Source: Octopus sinensis (taxonomy: Eukaryota). Taken from it: DNA of 64,000 nucleotides. The translations under genes were made by a program, and so were the position numbers. The notes below the pieces were generated by a model that saw nothing but the letters and a program-made list of their open reading frames with translations, was not told the origin of the DNA and did no database searches. The stretch lies in NCBI RefSeq assembly GCF_006345805.1, contig NC_043004.1:18538001-18602000 (forward strand). The letters are read 5' to 3'. This document shows, one piece after another, positions 1 through 12,984 of this stretch. The number at the start of each line of letters is the position of its first letter. Position 1 is the first letter of the stretch.

Positions 1-141
1 TTTATTTTTATTTTATTTTTTTCTTATTTTTTATTTTTTTTTATTTTTTTATTTTTTATTTTTTTTAAACCTTCAAAAGAAAAGCTCTACCTTGTAATTT
101 GTTCTATCTGTGTGCAGCCCTGTGTGGCTAATAAAGAAACA

Positions 142-170
<29 letters not shown>
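1..170 (+). mobile_element. 3' end of an L1/Tx1-clade LINE followed by (TATC)n
   Basis: T-rich 3'UTR, then caaaagaaaagctctaccttgtaa...gtgcagccctgtgtggc-AATAAA(130-135)-gaaac, nearly identical to the 3' end of the Tx1 fragment at 56950-57018; (TATC)n at 142-170. Confidence 0.85.
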
Positions 171-172
<2 letters not shown>

Positions 173-452
173 ATATGCGTGTGTGTGTGTGTGTGTGTGC
201 ACGTGTGTGCACGTGTGTGCACGTGTATGTGTGTGTGTATATATGTGTGTGCACGCACGCGCGTGTACGTATTCGGCCTTAGCATTGTGTCTGATTTAGG
301 AAGCAAAATGTTTGTGGTTATGTGTAACTATATGAACAATGGCTTATCAGGAATTAATACAAAATGATGCTATATTTCAAAACGAAACTCTCTGATATGC
401 TGAATAGAGACATTCAAAGTTGTAGATAATACAGAAATACATTCGCAAAAAA

Positions 453-589
453 CATGAACACACACACGCACACACACTCACACACATACAAACACACAGA
501 CACACAGACACACAGACACACAGACACACACACAGACACACACACACATACACACACAGACACACATACACACACACACACACACACAG
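453..589. repeat. (CA)n/(CAGA) microsatellite
   Basis: Direct inspection; source of several spurious ORFs. Confidence 0.95.
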
Positions 590-3310
590 ATATAGGTACA
601 ATAATGCAACAATCGTTGCAGCTGTTTTGGATGAAGTCTAACGGATGTTGAGTTTGCAGATATCTGAAGAAGAAAAAGTAAGCATAAATGTCCTCTCTAT
701 TCCAATATGCATGATAAAAGACGTGGGTGTGGATAAATGAGAAGAGGAACGAATTCTGTAAAGATAACAAAAAGCCATTCATACTCAGGAAACATCTAAA
801 TCAAATAGCAGAAATATAAATCGATGAATTCCAAATGATATTCTTGTTTTTCTTTTATCTGTACAGTTCGTTAAATGTCTGAGAAATAGTGAAAATATTT
901 GATGCAACAGTTAAATTGCTTCTTTTTACAAAGGAAACATCTTAACTGTATTTGAAACGTTATGGGTTTTCATTTATACAAGCTCCTACAGGAGAACTCT
1001 CAGAACTCACGTTCAATACCTTTCATATTGTGTTTTATTAAGGCTATGTTCGTGTTGCCATTGGCATGACACAAAAGTGTAAAGTAATGTAGAGGATATG
1101 TGAGAACGCACTGTCAATGTAGAGTTCATACAACGAATGAAGAAGCCATTTAAATCATGTTTCGAGGTAAGTGCTTCATTTCATATAGGTTTCGGATACT
1201 AAACAAAAGTTTTGAAACTTGGCTTTCTTGGAGACCTTGTCTATGAATGAGCCCAAAATCAAACTCGCTAGACGGTCTTATTTTCTGGAAGTAGAAACAG
1301 CAGAACCACATTTATATAAATTATCTATTTATAGCTTTTGACACGGATGTATAAGATTATTAACATCCTATTTTTCTGCTTGAGTCTATTCCTTTAACAT
1401 TAGTTACACGTCAAGTACTATATTTTTTAATATATGTTAACACTGATTAACATGTAATTTCTCCTCTACAACAATATTATTATACAATATCTAGTGAAGA
1501 TTTACAAAGTCTTAAATAAACTTGCTATATTTCATATGAATAACTTTACACGATTTCTCTATGCATATATTATTATGCTATGTAATTATTTGAAGAGTTA
1601 GCAGCATATAGAAGAGTTAGTTGTATTATGTCACCACCGGTGCTAGGGTATATCTTAAAACCAAGATTCTTAAACTTCAGAGTTTTGGCCCACCTGCAAT
1701 ACATAAGCATTTAAAATTGGTATAAAGTTACAACTGTATACTGCAGATGCACATTAAATTAACAAATTTGTGTGTTTAAAAGAAATGCCTTCCTAGAAAC
1801 TAGTGCCCCATCCTGACAGAGATTAGTCTCATCTGTTTTCCACCATAAACTTCTATGCTAGCTTATTATGTGTTATGAGCTAGGGGTCATCGAATATAAA
1901 TATTTGGCAAATGAAATTGACAACAAAAAATGCATAGATGTAACAGTACAGCCAAATGTCCCCCAAATCACGCAGTCCTTAAATAAAAGAACACATTTAA
2001 CAATGTAGTCCTTGATATACAAAAAGGCAAAATGATCATAGCTGGGACATTGTTGACCATAGGATCTGACCACTCAGAGCTGACCTACATTTATGCAACA
2101 AGAATTATCCAATGTTTCTCATGTTATATTCTTTTGCTCTGTCGTAGAATTCTATATGAGAAACTAGGAATAAAACTAATTCTATGAAAATTATTTCTTC
2201 GTTTAAATATAGATTTTTTCTGCAGATTTATGATAAAACTCTAGAGAATGGGTTAAGTCAATTTAATGGCACCAATACTTTTAATCATTATGTCGATCCT
2301 AGATATTTTAAATTCAATAAAATTCTACCGATTTGAATATCCATCTCTACTAGTAAATAATCGTAAAGCATATAATTGGAGCTCTACTAATATCATCAGC
2401 ATCATCTCTTAAGCGTATTTTGAAAATACATGAACAACTGAAAAGCTTAGAATTTTGCTACAAGTCGCCATTGAGCGTTATATTTGCAGCATATCAAATA
2501 ATGATAAACATGTTATAATGAATGTAACTAGGCATAACATAGCGTTTCTTTTTGTCTTCTTTTACAAGTTAAAATCGATTAAAAGCACAGGACAGTGCAT
2601 ATTAATGTGGTAAAAGAATCATATAACAGATTAATCTCCAATCTTTGAAAGCTATTGTGAAAAATGAAAGTTATGAAATAGTACTGAATGTTTCTGTCAT
2701 TTCAAGCGAATAATATAAAAAGTCAGATGTGCGAAGATAAACTAAGTATTCTAATAGGTATATGGACCTTTAAAATTAATTTCAAGATTCAATGTCCTTC
2801 AGCGTTCCATCTATTGGTGCTTGAACTAGAAGAACAATCCATTTGATGAGTTTTCAAGCAGTTTCCGCCTATCCAATTTCACTGAAAAAAAACTTGAGCC
2901 ATCTGTGAGCAATACTAAAAGATACTTACCAAGTTACCTGATTGCGAATTGAGCATCATAACCATTCCACTATGGTAGACTCCACACACATACACATATT
3001 CTAAAACTCACAAACCTGCGCACCTACATACATATACTAATTTAACACACACATACACATGACTTTCAAGTTAAATTAATATATTAGGCTGATACAGACA
3101 CAAACAAACGGCAGTTTTAAAAACTTAAACGATGGTATATTGGTACAATTAATTCTTGACAAATTACCATACAATAGAGAAAATATGAAACAATGAAAAA
3201 TTCAGGCCAGGTATCTTTTCATAGAACTACTGGTAAAGGCACACGGGCCCGGTCTTTCTACTTTCACTCTTTATAGTAGCACGGGAAAGTAAACAATATT
3301 CTGTGAATAT

Positions 3311-3617
3311 AAAGGTTAAAGATCTCCTTCGGTCATGAATGATCATGGAATTGCACCTAGAAACTTCCACTCCGAGGCTCAAGTCCGGGCAAGCTTGTTT
3401 GTGGAAGACCAGCAGTGGCCCATGCCACTGAGGGAAAGGCAAAGGCAGATACAGTATGGTACCAGTAACGTCACAACTCATTTCTATAGCTGAGCGAACA
3501 AGAGCAACGTGAAATAAAGTTTGTTGCTCAAGAGCACAACACACAGCCCGGTCTGGGAATTGAACTCACTATCTCATGATTGTGAGCCAGATGCTCCAAT
3601 CACTGGGCTATGCACCT
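3311..3617 (-). mobile_element. tRNA-derived SINE
   Basis: Minus strand starts with a tRNA-like head (gcatagcccagtgattggagc...gagttcaattcccagacc), followed by a gtgctcttgagcaacaaactttatttcacgttgct body; abuts (TCTG)/(TC)/(TA) microsatellite at 3618-3730. Confidence 0.75.
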
Positions 3618-3629
3618 TCTCTGTCTGTC

Positions 3630-3727
<98 letters not shown>

Positions 3728-3786
3728 CATACATAAATACAAACATAGAGTGTGAATGTGTATGCGAGTGTGCGCGTGTGTGTACT

Positions 3787-3915
3787 GGTATGGCTGTGTG
3801 GTAAGAAGTTTGCTTCCCAGCCACATAGCACAGGGTTCATTTCCACTGTGTAGCCCTTGGTTAATCAAAGTCTTATTAATGGATTTGGTAGACGGAGACC
3901 ATCACAAGCGAGTCG
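3787..3915 (+). mobile_element. Partial degenerate copy of the major CORE-like SINE
   Basis: ggctgtgtggtaagaagtttgcttccc...ggatttggtagacgga matches the copy at 6220-6617. Confidence 0.8.
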
Positions 3916-3960
3916 AGTATATATATATATATATAATTATAATAATAATAATAATAATAA

Positions 3961-4540
3961 TATTAGGGAGTAAATCCAAACTTACAGGGAAAAATTAGAT
4001 TTAGGATTAAATCTAATTTTATAGTATAAATATATATTATATTAAATTAGAAATAAAACCACTATTAGGCAAATCAAACAGTGAAAATCATAAGCCAATA
4101 CATAGAAATAAAATTAATTAAAAAAATATATAAAAAATATAAAATATAAAATATAAAATTCCAAATTAAAATATTTAAATTAAAGTTAAAATTTTAAAAA
4201 TTATTTAAATTAATAATTTAAACTTATAAATTTTAAATATATATATATATAAATATATATATATATTTTATTATTATTATTTTATTTTATTAATTATTTA
4301 ATTAATTTTTTTTATATAACTATCAAAAAGTATTAAAAGTTTAATATAAGATAAAGAGTAAAAACACTACGATCGTTTCATGCCCGTAACCAATTCGAAT
4401 AACAATAATTTAAATTCAATTAAAAATATAGAGAGTATAAGTATCCATTACCCCTACAAAGTATATTAAATGTTTACAATTCAATATTGTCTTACAATAG
4501 ATACTATATCGACACTACTAAGACACAATATTGACTTGTA
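3961..4540 (+). mobile_element. AT-rich interspersed repeat, probably a PLE terminal region
   Basis: First ~90 bp recur inverted at 31440-31532 next to (TA)n; a GAAAC-GATC-GTA hammerhead half-motif lies on the minus strand at about 4364-4380. The PLE assignment is inference. Confidence 0.5.
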
Positions 4541-4779
4541 AAACTTTGATATAAATTGTTGTAAATTATGGTTGCAAAACGCAATACTGTGTCTTTGCTG
4601 GTAATTAGTATGTACGTACCAGTTTATTTCTTGCTTTGCATAATAAAGATATTCTTTTATGATACAAGTTTATTAGAGACCTTTCCAGCTATTTATAATA
4701 CGGAAAATATTGTACAATTATCTGGAGAATTAATAAATTCATATCGATTACTCTAGTCACAAGAAATGGTGATGCACAT

Positions 4780-4875
4780 TTTCCCATTATGCATGAGCAC
4801 CCTTTGGTTTGGCTTCCCGACAGAATGATTATAGCTCTTACTACTTGTGTACTGATTTTACGGCCGCCATTATGA
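4780..4875. promoter_or_regulatory. Promoter-like motif cluster A
   Basis: TTTCCCATTATGCAT (ZNF143/Staf-like, 4780) and GGCCGCCATT (YY1-like, 4862-4871) in unique sequence. Confidence 0.3.
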
Positions 4876-6219
4876 GAAAACTAAAGTAGAGAGCTGTTAA
4901 AAAGAATTTGTATTTCCATTATGTTGGTTTCAAGAACTTTATACATTCGGACGAAGGAAAAGCAACCGAATAAATCTTCTAACACAAACTGGGCGTGAAC
5001 GAACTTAGAGTGAACTCAAGCAATCGAAGCTAAATCAAAAGATAGTTAAATTAAACTTGCAAATATTGAGTGTTGATACAAATAATGCTGAAATACAATA
5101 CTTTTGATTTTAGATATTTATTTATGTAAGAAGATTGGCAAAGAATTTTACAGATATTTGTATTATGGAAACTTTTTTTCAGCACTTAGTTGGCGTATTG
5201 ATAAATTTATATCAATTACTAAATTCTAATGAAAACTGTGAACACCAGAAACGAGAACTTAGTTTTCGGATTCAGTTAAACAAATAAAATTACATCTTAC
5301 TTCCCGAAAACTGTGTTATATCGGTTCTCGTTACAAGCGGCGATCAAAGCGATCTTCAGAAGAAAATTAAAGCAAAACAGTTTTATATGAGTTTGCATTC
5401 CTTGTTTTGAATATAATTGAAAATGTGGAAAAAGTTCATATACCTAGTTTTAATTAAACTTCAGTAATCGACCGATGGATTGGAACGATTGAACGCAGCC
5501 ATTTAGGTATTGATCATGACGTTTTTAGTGATGGACAGTTTGGTGCTAAAGATAGACAGACAGACACGCACACATCATAAGCGCGCGCGCAAATACACAC
5601 AAAAATTAAAATGAATGCTTATAAAGAAAAACACATGTACATAGATCCACAGAGGGAGAGAGAGAGAGAGAGAGAGATAGACAAGAGAGAAATGGTGAAG
5701 AAAGAGAAGAAGAGAGAATAGGAAAGAGGAAGCGAGAGAGGGAGAAAGAGAGAGAGAGTGGAAGAAATAGAGAGAGGGACTGAGAGAGAGAGAGAGAGTG
5801 AAAGAGATATATATGTATATACGGAGAAAAAACAAACAAGAGTGTAATGAAAACACAAGGCTAAAAATGAGAAAAACATGTCTTTTTACATACACAAAGA
5901 AAAGAACAGCTTTCTCAAGTCCATTAGAGTTTCAAGTTCCTTTGGCCTAATCTGGCAACTTGAAAATATTCACGCTGAACTATTCCTCTGAAGAACAGTT
6001 AATTCCTGATTACCTTCACGGTTCTGTCACCTTTGCCATACTCGAGTATTCATTTCTGATCCGCATTCTACCGAAGAGTTTCAGCGGAATTTGAAGAGAA
6101 ATATGTAAAAATTAATGGGTTAACCATTAAACAATTTTAAAATTGGCGATGACGATTTTTTTTGTTCCAGCATCATTCACATCAATTTTACTGTCTACTT
6201 CAAAACATAGTATCAACAT

Positions 6220-6617
6220 AGGCGTAGGAGTGGCTGTGTGGCAAGTAGCTTGCTTACGAACCACATAGTTCCAAGTTCAGTCCCACTGTGTGGCACCTTG
6301 GGCAAGTGTCTTCTACTACAGCCTCGGGCCGACCAAAGCCTTGTGAGTGGATTTGGTAGACGGAAACTGAAAGAAGCCCGTCGTATATATGTATATATAT
6401 ATGTGTGTGTTTATGTGTTGTGTTTGTTCCCCACCATCGCTTGACAACCGATGCTGGTGTGTTTACGTCCCCGTAACTTAGCGGTTCGGCAAAATAGGCC
6501 GATAGAATAAGTACTAGGCTTACAAAGAATAAGTCCTGGGGTTGATTCCTCGACTAAAGGCGGTGCTCCAGCATGGCCACAGTCAAATGACTGAAACAAG
6601 TAAATGAGTATGAGTAT
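6220..6617 (+). mobile_element. Full-length tRNA-derived CORE-like SINE (octopus OR/OK-like)
   Basis: A/B-box-like head, CORE-like gcaccttgggcaagtgtcttc, body shared with 27719-28120 and 51593-52035, and gactgaaacaagta plus (GAGTA)n tail. Confidence 0.9.
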
Positions 6618-7344
6618 GTCACTATAACCAATTCATATAGAAGATAAGGTAGAGAAGATGTTGCAATTAAATGGGATTTGGAATGTTATACATAAAAAAT
6701 TTGATGAAGACATGAAAAATCTTAAATAAAGACATCTCGAACACTACATCTTTAATATAACACTATAGTACGTCTGTGTACGAATGCATGCTTGTGCGCA
6801 CGCGCGTGTGTATATATGTGAGTGCGTGCGGTGTGTGTGTCCGTGTATGTCTGTGTATATGATGTGTTTATGTATTAATGTCATAAAAGGGATTCTATCG
6901 AGTGCGTCCGAACAATGAAATAATATTTCTAAAAAGAAATTTCCTGATTTGTCGTTGCTATCAACAACGCCATCGAATCACTTCAAATGCAAGCATATTG
7001 TTTATGTCGCCATTAGACGTAAGCAATCAATTCTTTCCTACATCCGGCATGCTAGATATCTAATTACAAATGTAGTTCATAGCAATTGTGGAAATGAAAG
7101 CATATAATGTTCACTAATGACTCTCTACGTGTTGAAGTATATCTACGTATTAGTAAAAATGTTTTAAAATTTCTACATATTGGTTAAATGTGTCAAAATA
7201 TAAAAACACATAAGTTAAATGTGTTAGAATATATATATATATATATAATATATATATATATATTATATATATATATATATATATACATGGGATATGCCAA
7301 TATACACAGATAGAGAAATTAAAGCCAATAGGCCGGATATAATT

Positions 7345-7738
7345 GTCAGAGAACACCAAGAAAAAAAGGCTTTCTAATCAATGTAACAATATCAACAGAT
7401 GACAATGTTCCTCTAAAAACAAAGGAACAACTTTCAAAATACAAAGATCCGGAAATAGAGGCAACTCGAACAGAAACAATTCCTATCATAGTAGGCGCAT
7501 TAGGTATGATAAAAAAACATTCAGACAATTACATAACAAAACACCAGGACTTACAAGTATAACATAGAGCAAATAGCACTAGTATGCACCTCACACATCC
7601 TACGTAAATCACTTTCAATACAGTGAAAATAAGAGCACCATGACAAACCACATCACATGAGGCACACAAAACTGCGCTCGGTAGTGCAGTGAAAGCACGT
7701 GAAAAAAATAAGACTACTGAATAATAATAATAATAATC

Positions 7739-7770
<32 letters not shown>
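7345..7770 (+). mobile_element. 3' end of an R4/Dong-like LINE (REL endonuclease C-terminus) ending in (TAA)n
   Basis: Degenerate translation LSKYKDPEIE...ETIPIIVGALGMIKK...HILRK, typical of the REL domain end; (TAA)n at 7721-7770. Confidence 0.75.
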
Positions 7771-7771
<1 letters not shown>

Positions 7772-8010
7772 TCCTGATGCAGTACCAAGCAGTAGCTCTC
7801 GTGGCTTCTGATTTTAACTGGTTGGAAGTGTTATCATGTACATCGTTTTGTCTTGGTATTAAAAGATGAGCTACAACAAATATTCTGCTCAGTACCACAA
7901 TTACTTGACCATAACCAGTTGAGCATGTCCCTCAGTGGCTGGCGATGTATGCATTTATGATTACGAGCAGAAGTAGTGGGGAAGCACCATAATTTTGTGT
8001 TGAAAGGAAT
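7771..8010 (+). mobile_element. Unnamed interspersed repeat starting directly after (TAA)n (truncated copy)
   Basis: cctgatgcagtacca...ggcttctgat...gagcagaagtagtggg aligns to 36500-36750. Confidence 0.8.
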
Positions 8011-8049
8011 TGAAAGAAAAGCTCCTACATATCTGAAAAAAAAAAAAGA

Positions 8050-8820
8050 AAATACTTGAACTTGGTGGAAATAGATATAGAAATATCGTTGTACTGATTG
8101 GGAAGCGCGGTACTTGAAGCTAAATCTGAAGGATTATTAATTGCAGTGAAAGATCAAAGACTTACCACCTGTAAATATATAAAAAAGCTTGTAACGAAGC
8201 AGAATAAATTAAATGTGATGGTTTGGGAAAAGTTAATGAACCAGATTGTTTCTGGTTGCCTGCTCCTAACCAAAAAAAAAAAAAAGGAAGAAAATACATT
8301 TATAGGGATGACAGAATTGAGGAGATAAAAGGCGACCTCAGCAGAATTTGAACATAGAACGTAAAGACGGGCGAAATGCCACCAATGTTTTTATTTAGAG
8401 TGCTAACGATTCCGCCAGCTCGCCGTCTTTCAGCATTACAAAATAACCACGGAAAATAGGTGGTAAAATCATATGGCAGAACGTGTCAGAGAATGTTAAA
8501 ACAGCAGCACTTTGGTAAGTCAATCTAAATAAGCAGAGAGTAAAAACCCGGATATTCTCATCAAAAATCAAGGAAAGAAATTCCTCTCCCTACCAAGCTG
8601 ACAAAAACGCATCGCTATGAAAATGGAGAAATTCTCTAAGGAGAAAGATCTAGAATTAGAATTTATCAGAACGTGCAAACTGAAAACAGAAAAGCTACCT
8701 ATCTTAAGTGGCTGGTGAATTATTTAAAATTATGCGAATAAAAACACAGAAGCCCCTTGGTATCTACATACACAAATCATACAGAAAAGCACTAACTGGT
8801 ACTGCACGTATATTTGAGTA
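8050..8820 (+). mobile_element. Degenerate R4/Dong-like LINE C-terminal region interrupted by a SINE
   Basis: LEAKSEGLLIAVKDQRLTT...IVSGC (pre-CCHC region), then NPDILIKN...EKFSKEKDLE (REL). Confidence 0.65.
8321..8430 (-). mobile_element. 5' part of a Deu/Nin-domain-like SINE
   Basis: gcagaatttgaacatagaacgtaaagac...gtgctaacgattccgccagctcgccg matches 57990-58080. Confidence 0.8.
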
Positions 8821-10289
8821 TTTGAATACTTTATTTTTCAAAATTAATTGAATAGACTAATTTGCAGGTTAACACATTTTTGGCAGCTCGATAGAACAGC
8901 AAATTACTGGTGTGTTTTTCATTCCGTTGTTATCACACTAGTAATTTAATGTTCTTTGTAGCTGCCAAGAAAAATGTTAAATATGCAAATTGATCTTTGC
9001 AAGATTTAATCGTTAATGTTTGTTTATACGCAATGTATTCGTGGATATTTAGTGAGGATACACAGTTGTCAACGATGATTCCAACAAATATCGAAAATTA
9101 CGTGCAACTATTTCTTCTTTTTTCTGTTCACGAACATATTGCAAGCTCTGTCATTTGCAATCGCTGTAACACACAGTGTTTTGGCAAATACATCTAATGA
9201 TATTCTATACTAAATTATTTTAATAATATGAAACACTGTTAACATAGCCATAATTTAATACTAAATAGCAGTAGAGAAAATAGCCATGATTATACAGTGG
9301 TCAATTTCAAAAGATAGTTTCTCATAACCGAAACGGTATCCTGTATAGGAAAGAGAAATAAAGTAAAAATGTATGATGTTATAAAAAGCCACAATTATGC
9401 AAAACAACGAAAATATAATCTTAAAAATTATAAATGTTGAGACTGTTAATCGTGAACATTGAACTAGCACATGTAAAACAATCAAAATACAACAAAACCA
9501 AATCAACTGCAGAAATTTTTCTAGAATACTAACCAACAAAATCTATGCAAGATCAGCACAAAGGAACATATGTATAAAAGAGAATATTTCAAAGATTTAA
9601 ATTTTAAAAAACCTAAAAAACTTAATGGTCAAAGTTTTGAAGATGTAAATGATCTAATATTGGAAATAGCTAAGTGCTTAAAATCGACAGTTCTTTCTGT
9701 AGATTAATTTACGATAAACCACGAAGCTAAATAAACAATAGCAAACTCCCAAACCTGGCCATCCCAAACTTAAGGAAAATGTCAATATCATGATGAATGA
9801 AACACTATATGTAATAGTCACAAAGTAAAACGGTTACTTCCTCGGTTTTTTTTTCATATAAGAACCATTAAACTAAAGAACGTGGGTAACAAACATACAA
9901 TGACAAATGAATAAAGACTAATTCCCTCCAACTTTAATAGAACAAATATTAAAAATATATAATTGAGAGAAAGAGAAACTAATTGTACACAAATACATTA
10001 TCCCGAAATCAAAGAACGCCTAAAATAAGAAATCATCGTAATTTACAATGATCCGTCGTCAAGAACATGACAAATAGTGCTTCTAAAGCAGAAGCAGTTC
10101 GTCTTGAAACTAAAATGAGTTTATCTAAAACTATCCAAAATCAAAGAGGAAAGCAATGCTGTTTCAAAGTATATTCAAAGGAAGAAAATACCAAGGATTA
10201 ATACTTAAAATAGCGATAAATTTTAAAAAAAAGAGAAAAATAAAAAGAAAACTGGTGGAGTCATTAGTGCGTGGATAGAATATACCACG

Positions 10290-10380
10290 GTATTTCTTAC
10301 GGCCTTTTAAACTCTGAATTCAAATCACACCGAAGTCAACTTTGGCTTTCATTCTTTCTGGGATGATAAAAATTTATGGG
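10290..10380 (+). mobile_element. Deu/Nin-like SINE fragment
   Basis: ctgaattcaaatcacaccgaagtcaactttggctttcattc. Confidence 0.65.
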
Positions 10381-10439
10381 CAGAGAGGGTTGGAATAGAT
10401 ACATTGCGGTATGTATTTCGGCTGTTTTGACAACAACGC

Positions 10440-10590
10440 CTCTGACGTCACGGTTGCCGAGATTTATAGGCCCAATTTGGTAACATTTCACATGGAAAAA
10501 CCTTGAAACATCGGCAGAGTGGAGACTTGCATACACGGCCAACTATCGGTTGTCTTCAAGAGATGATTCACTGCGTATGCGCAGATGCAT
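10440..10590. promoter_or_regulatory. Promoter-like motif cluster B
   Basis: Palindromic CRE TGACGTCA (10443-10450), CCAAT (10472-10476), NRF1-like TGCGTATGCGCA (10572-10583), locally CpG-rich. Confidence 0.35.
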
Positions 10591-10723
10591 AGTCAACCTT
10601 GAATGCCTTGGATGACTGTCTCATTCTATGGACCGAACTTAAAGAATTAGAAATTTTAATAATATAAACAATAGTGCGATTCAGTTTAAATCAATAACTC
10701 TTCCTCCAACGCACCATTCTTCG

Positions 10724-11008
10724 AGGAGTAGTTGAAGTTATTTGTGAATGATAGGTGTATTCACATGTTTAAGAATATGTGAATCGTAGTACAATCCGCA
10801 AATGACTGTGTGTTGTTAAATATCAGCAGCTAAGTGACTGATATGAAGAAAGGGAAGAATGGCAGATATTACTGAGTTTAGTGTTAATCATCCAAAACTG
10901 GAAAGGTGTGGGCCAGTAAGAGTTTCGTCAGCATACGCTGCAATGTTACACCCTTGCTGGAAACGTCCAATAAGGCATCAGAGGGCTAAATCTAGACCAT
11001 AAGCATGC
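10724..11008 (+). repeat. ~285-bp direct repeat, copy 1
   Basis: Aligns along its length to 13548-13825 with few substitutions or indels. Confidence 0.9.
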
Positions 11009-11340
11009 TAAAAGTAACTGCTAAATAAGACTTTTTGGATAAATCTTTTAAATGGAAGTTTGTTTTTTTCTTGCCAACATCTCGCTCAGAGATTTAAAAC
11101 TGTTTTTCTCGTTTAAATTAACATCAACATTTATTGACATGAACGAAAATTACCGGGGAACTTTCATCTAATTCTTCTAAATGTTTCTGTTAAAAATTGT
11201 AATGTGTTTATCGCATGTAACGCGTTGTTTATCGCATTTGCATTAAACACTGGTGGTTGTAAGGTAAATTACAGCTAAATAAGATTTATTTACATGAAAT
11301 AAAATTGCCTGAGACATAACACGCTGTTTACAAATATTCT

Positions 11341-11468
11341 TTTCTATTCAAGGCACAAGGTCCGAAATTTTGGGGGAGAGGACCAGTCGATTAGATCGAA
11401 ACCAGTACACAACCGGTGTATAAATTTATCGACCCAGAAAGGATGAAAGGCAAATTCAACTTCGGAGG
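11341..11468 (-). mobile_element. 3' part of a Deu/Nin-like SINE
   Basis: aggcacaagg...gtcgattagatcg...atcgacccagaaaggatgaaaggcaaa. Confidence 0.8.
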
Positions 11469-11629
11469 AATACTATTTTCAGAACATTGACAACAGTATA
11501 TTTATAAAACCATCAAGTAGTTTCCGTACTTCAATATTCGTCCAAAACTTTATCTTTGAATGCTATAGTAATTCAAACCTACCGCTAATAAGCGTGTGTT
11601 CAGTATCAATAATATCGGCATTTGAATGA

Positions 11630-11770
11630 GAGCACGATTTGCATGGTAATCGAAAGTCGCCATTTTGAATGCCAACATTTGTTAACTTGTCATGGTGAAG
11701 GTGAGCTCTGATTGGCTGTGTAAATATGTACTTTACAGGGGTCCGGAACTCTCGTGGGAAAAAAATCCGT
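11630..11770. promoter_or_regulatory. Promoter-like cluster C with a candidate first exon
   Basis: Octamer ATTTGCAT (11637-11644), YY1 CGCCATTTTG (11658-11667), ATG GTG AAG|gtgagc donor at 11700/11701, inverted CCAAT (11711-11715), ETS-like CCGGAA (11743), CSL-like CGTGGGAA (11753-11760). Confidence 0.4.
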
Positions 11771-12438
11771 GTCCCGGTGAGACAGAATTTCGTGTTTATT
11801 ATTATTAATATTAATATAATTGTTAAAGAGGAAAACAAAAGTTAGGGCAAGGCAAACATCTCAAGTCATATATATTATTATTATTGGAAAAAAAATCAAA
11901 GTCTTACAGCTATTTCTTGTATATCTCAGAGTATAGAATATTCCGTCATCGGAGGCAAATAGGGGAAATGAAAAGGGTATAGATTAATGAAATGACGACA
12001 TAGAGGACAGGAGTAAAGCAATAAGGAGATGAAGAGAAGAAAAAAGAAGCATAAAAGTTCACAGTTCAACTTTCTTTTTTTACCTCCTTATTCCTTTACG
12101 CCTGTCCTCTATATCGTCATTTCATTAATTTATACCCTTCTCATTTTCCCCATTTGTCTCCCTGACGGAACATCCCATACTCTGAGATATCCCAGAAATA
12201 GCTGTAAGACTCTGAAATTTTTTCCCAATAATAATAATAATATATGTGACTTGAGATATTTGCTTTGCCTTAACTTATTTGTTTAACCTATTTAACAATG
12301 ATATATCCGCTATATCGGAAATCTGCAATGGGTCCATAATATCGCCTCCGCTATAACCTTGGCGCCCTAGTATCCGTTACAGCACTTACCTAGCGTAACC
12401 TAATCGTTTAGATCACCTGTGAACTAAACCCTATATTT

Positions 12439-12483
<45 letters not shown>

Positions 12484-12653
12484 TATATATATATACACGT
12501 ACACATACACACACACACACACACACACATATATGTATATCCTCCTGCTCTACATAAACGTTACACGATTCCTTATATATATATATATATATATATATAG
12601 TGAATTGAAGAAATGGAGTTGAACGAAGATTGAACAGAAATCGTTTTATTGCA

Positions 12654-12733
12654 TTCTACACGTGTTTCGAAAGGCACAATTTACCAAATTCCGATTGAAT
12701 AATGAAACCATATTGTGTCTTTCTCTTCAGGAA
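12654..12733 (-). ncRNA. Minimal type I hammerhead ribozyme motif (PLE-type)
   Basis: UUC-CUGAAGA-GAAAGACAC...GUGCCUUUC-GAAA-CACGUG-UA-GAA: intact core, 3-bp stem I, 9-bp stem II with one mismatch, palindromic stem III, GUA cleavage triplet. Confidence 0.8.
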
Positions 12734-12904
12734 GAAATAGGAAATCCATTGGAAAAAACAAAAACAGAACAGAGGCGGAGCAAAACAAATTGGACGAGGC
12801 TCCTAAGTTGGCCGAGTTTGGCCATGGGCTCTTAGGAGCCTCGTTCGATTTGTTTTACTCCGCCTCTGTTCTGTTTTTGTTTTTTCCAACGGATTTCCTA
12901 TTTC

Positions 12905-12984
12905 TTCCTGAAGAGAAAGACACAATATGGTCTCATTATTCAATCGGAATTTGGTAAATGGTGCCTTTCGAAACACGTGTAGAA
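12905..12984 (+). ncRNA. Minimal type I hammerhead ribozyme motif (PLE-type)
   Basis: CTGAAGA 12908-12914, GAAA 12970-12973, CACGTG 12974-12979, predicted cleavage after A12981, stem I TTC(12905-07)/GAA(12982-84). Confidence 0.8.

Noticed and set aside
596-1166. Exon-like segments 596-677 and 1043-1166 with strong gtaag donors
   Set aside because: Stops in all three frames; could only be UTR or noncoding exons, unsupported
2924-2935. ATACTTACC resembling the U1 snRNA 5' end
   Set aside because: Downstream sequence does not match U1
6220-6300. tRNA-like A/B boxes here and in other SINE heads
   Set aside because: They are SINE heads followed by SINE bodies, not cloverleaf tRNA genes
9261-9340. 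Minus-strand terminal exon candidate (G)YRFGYEKLSFEIDHCIIMAIFSTAI* after a strong acceptor
   Set aside because: No phase-compatible upstream exon and no recognisable homology
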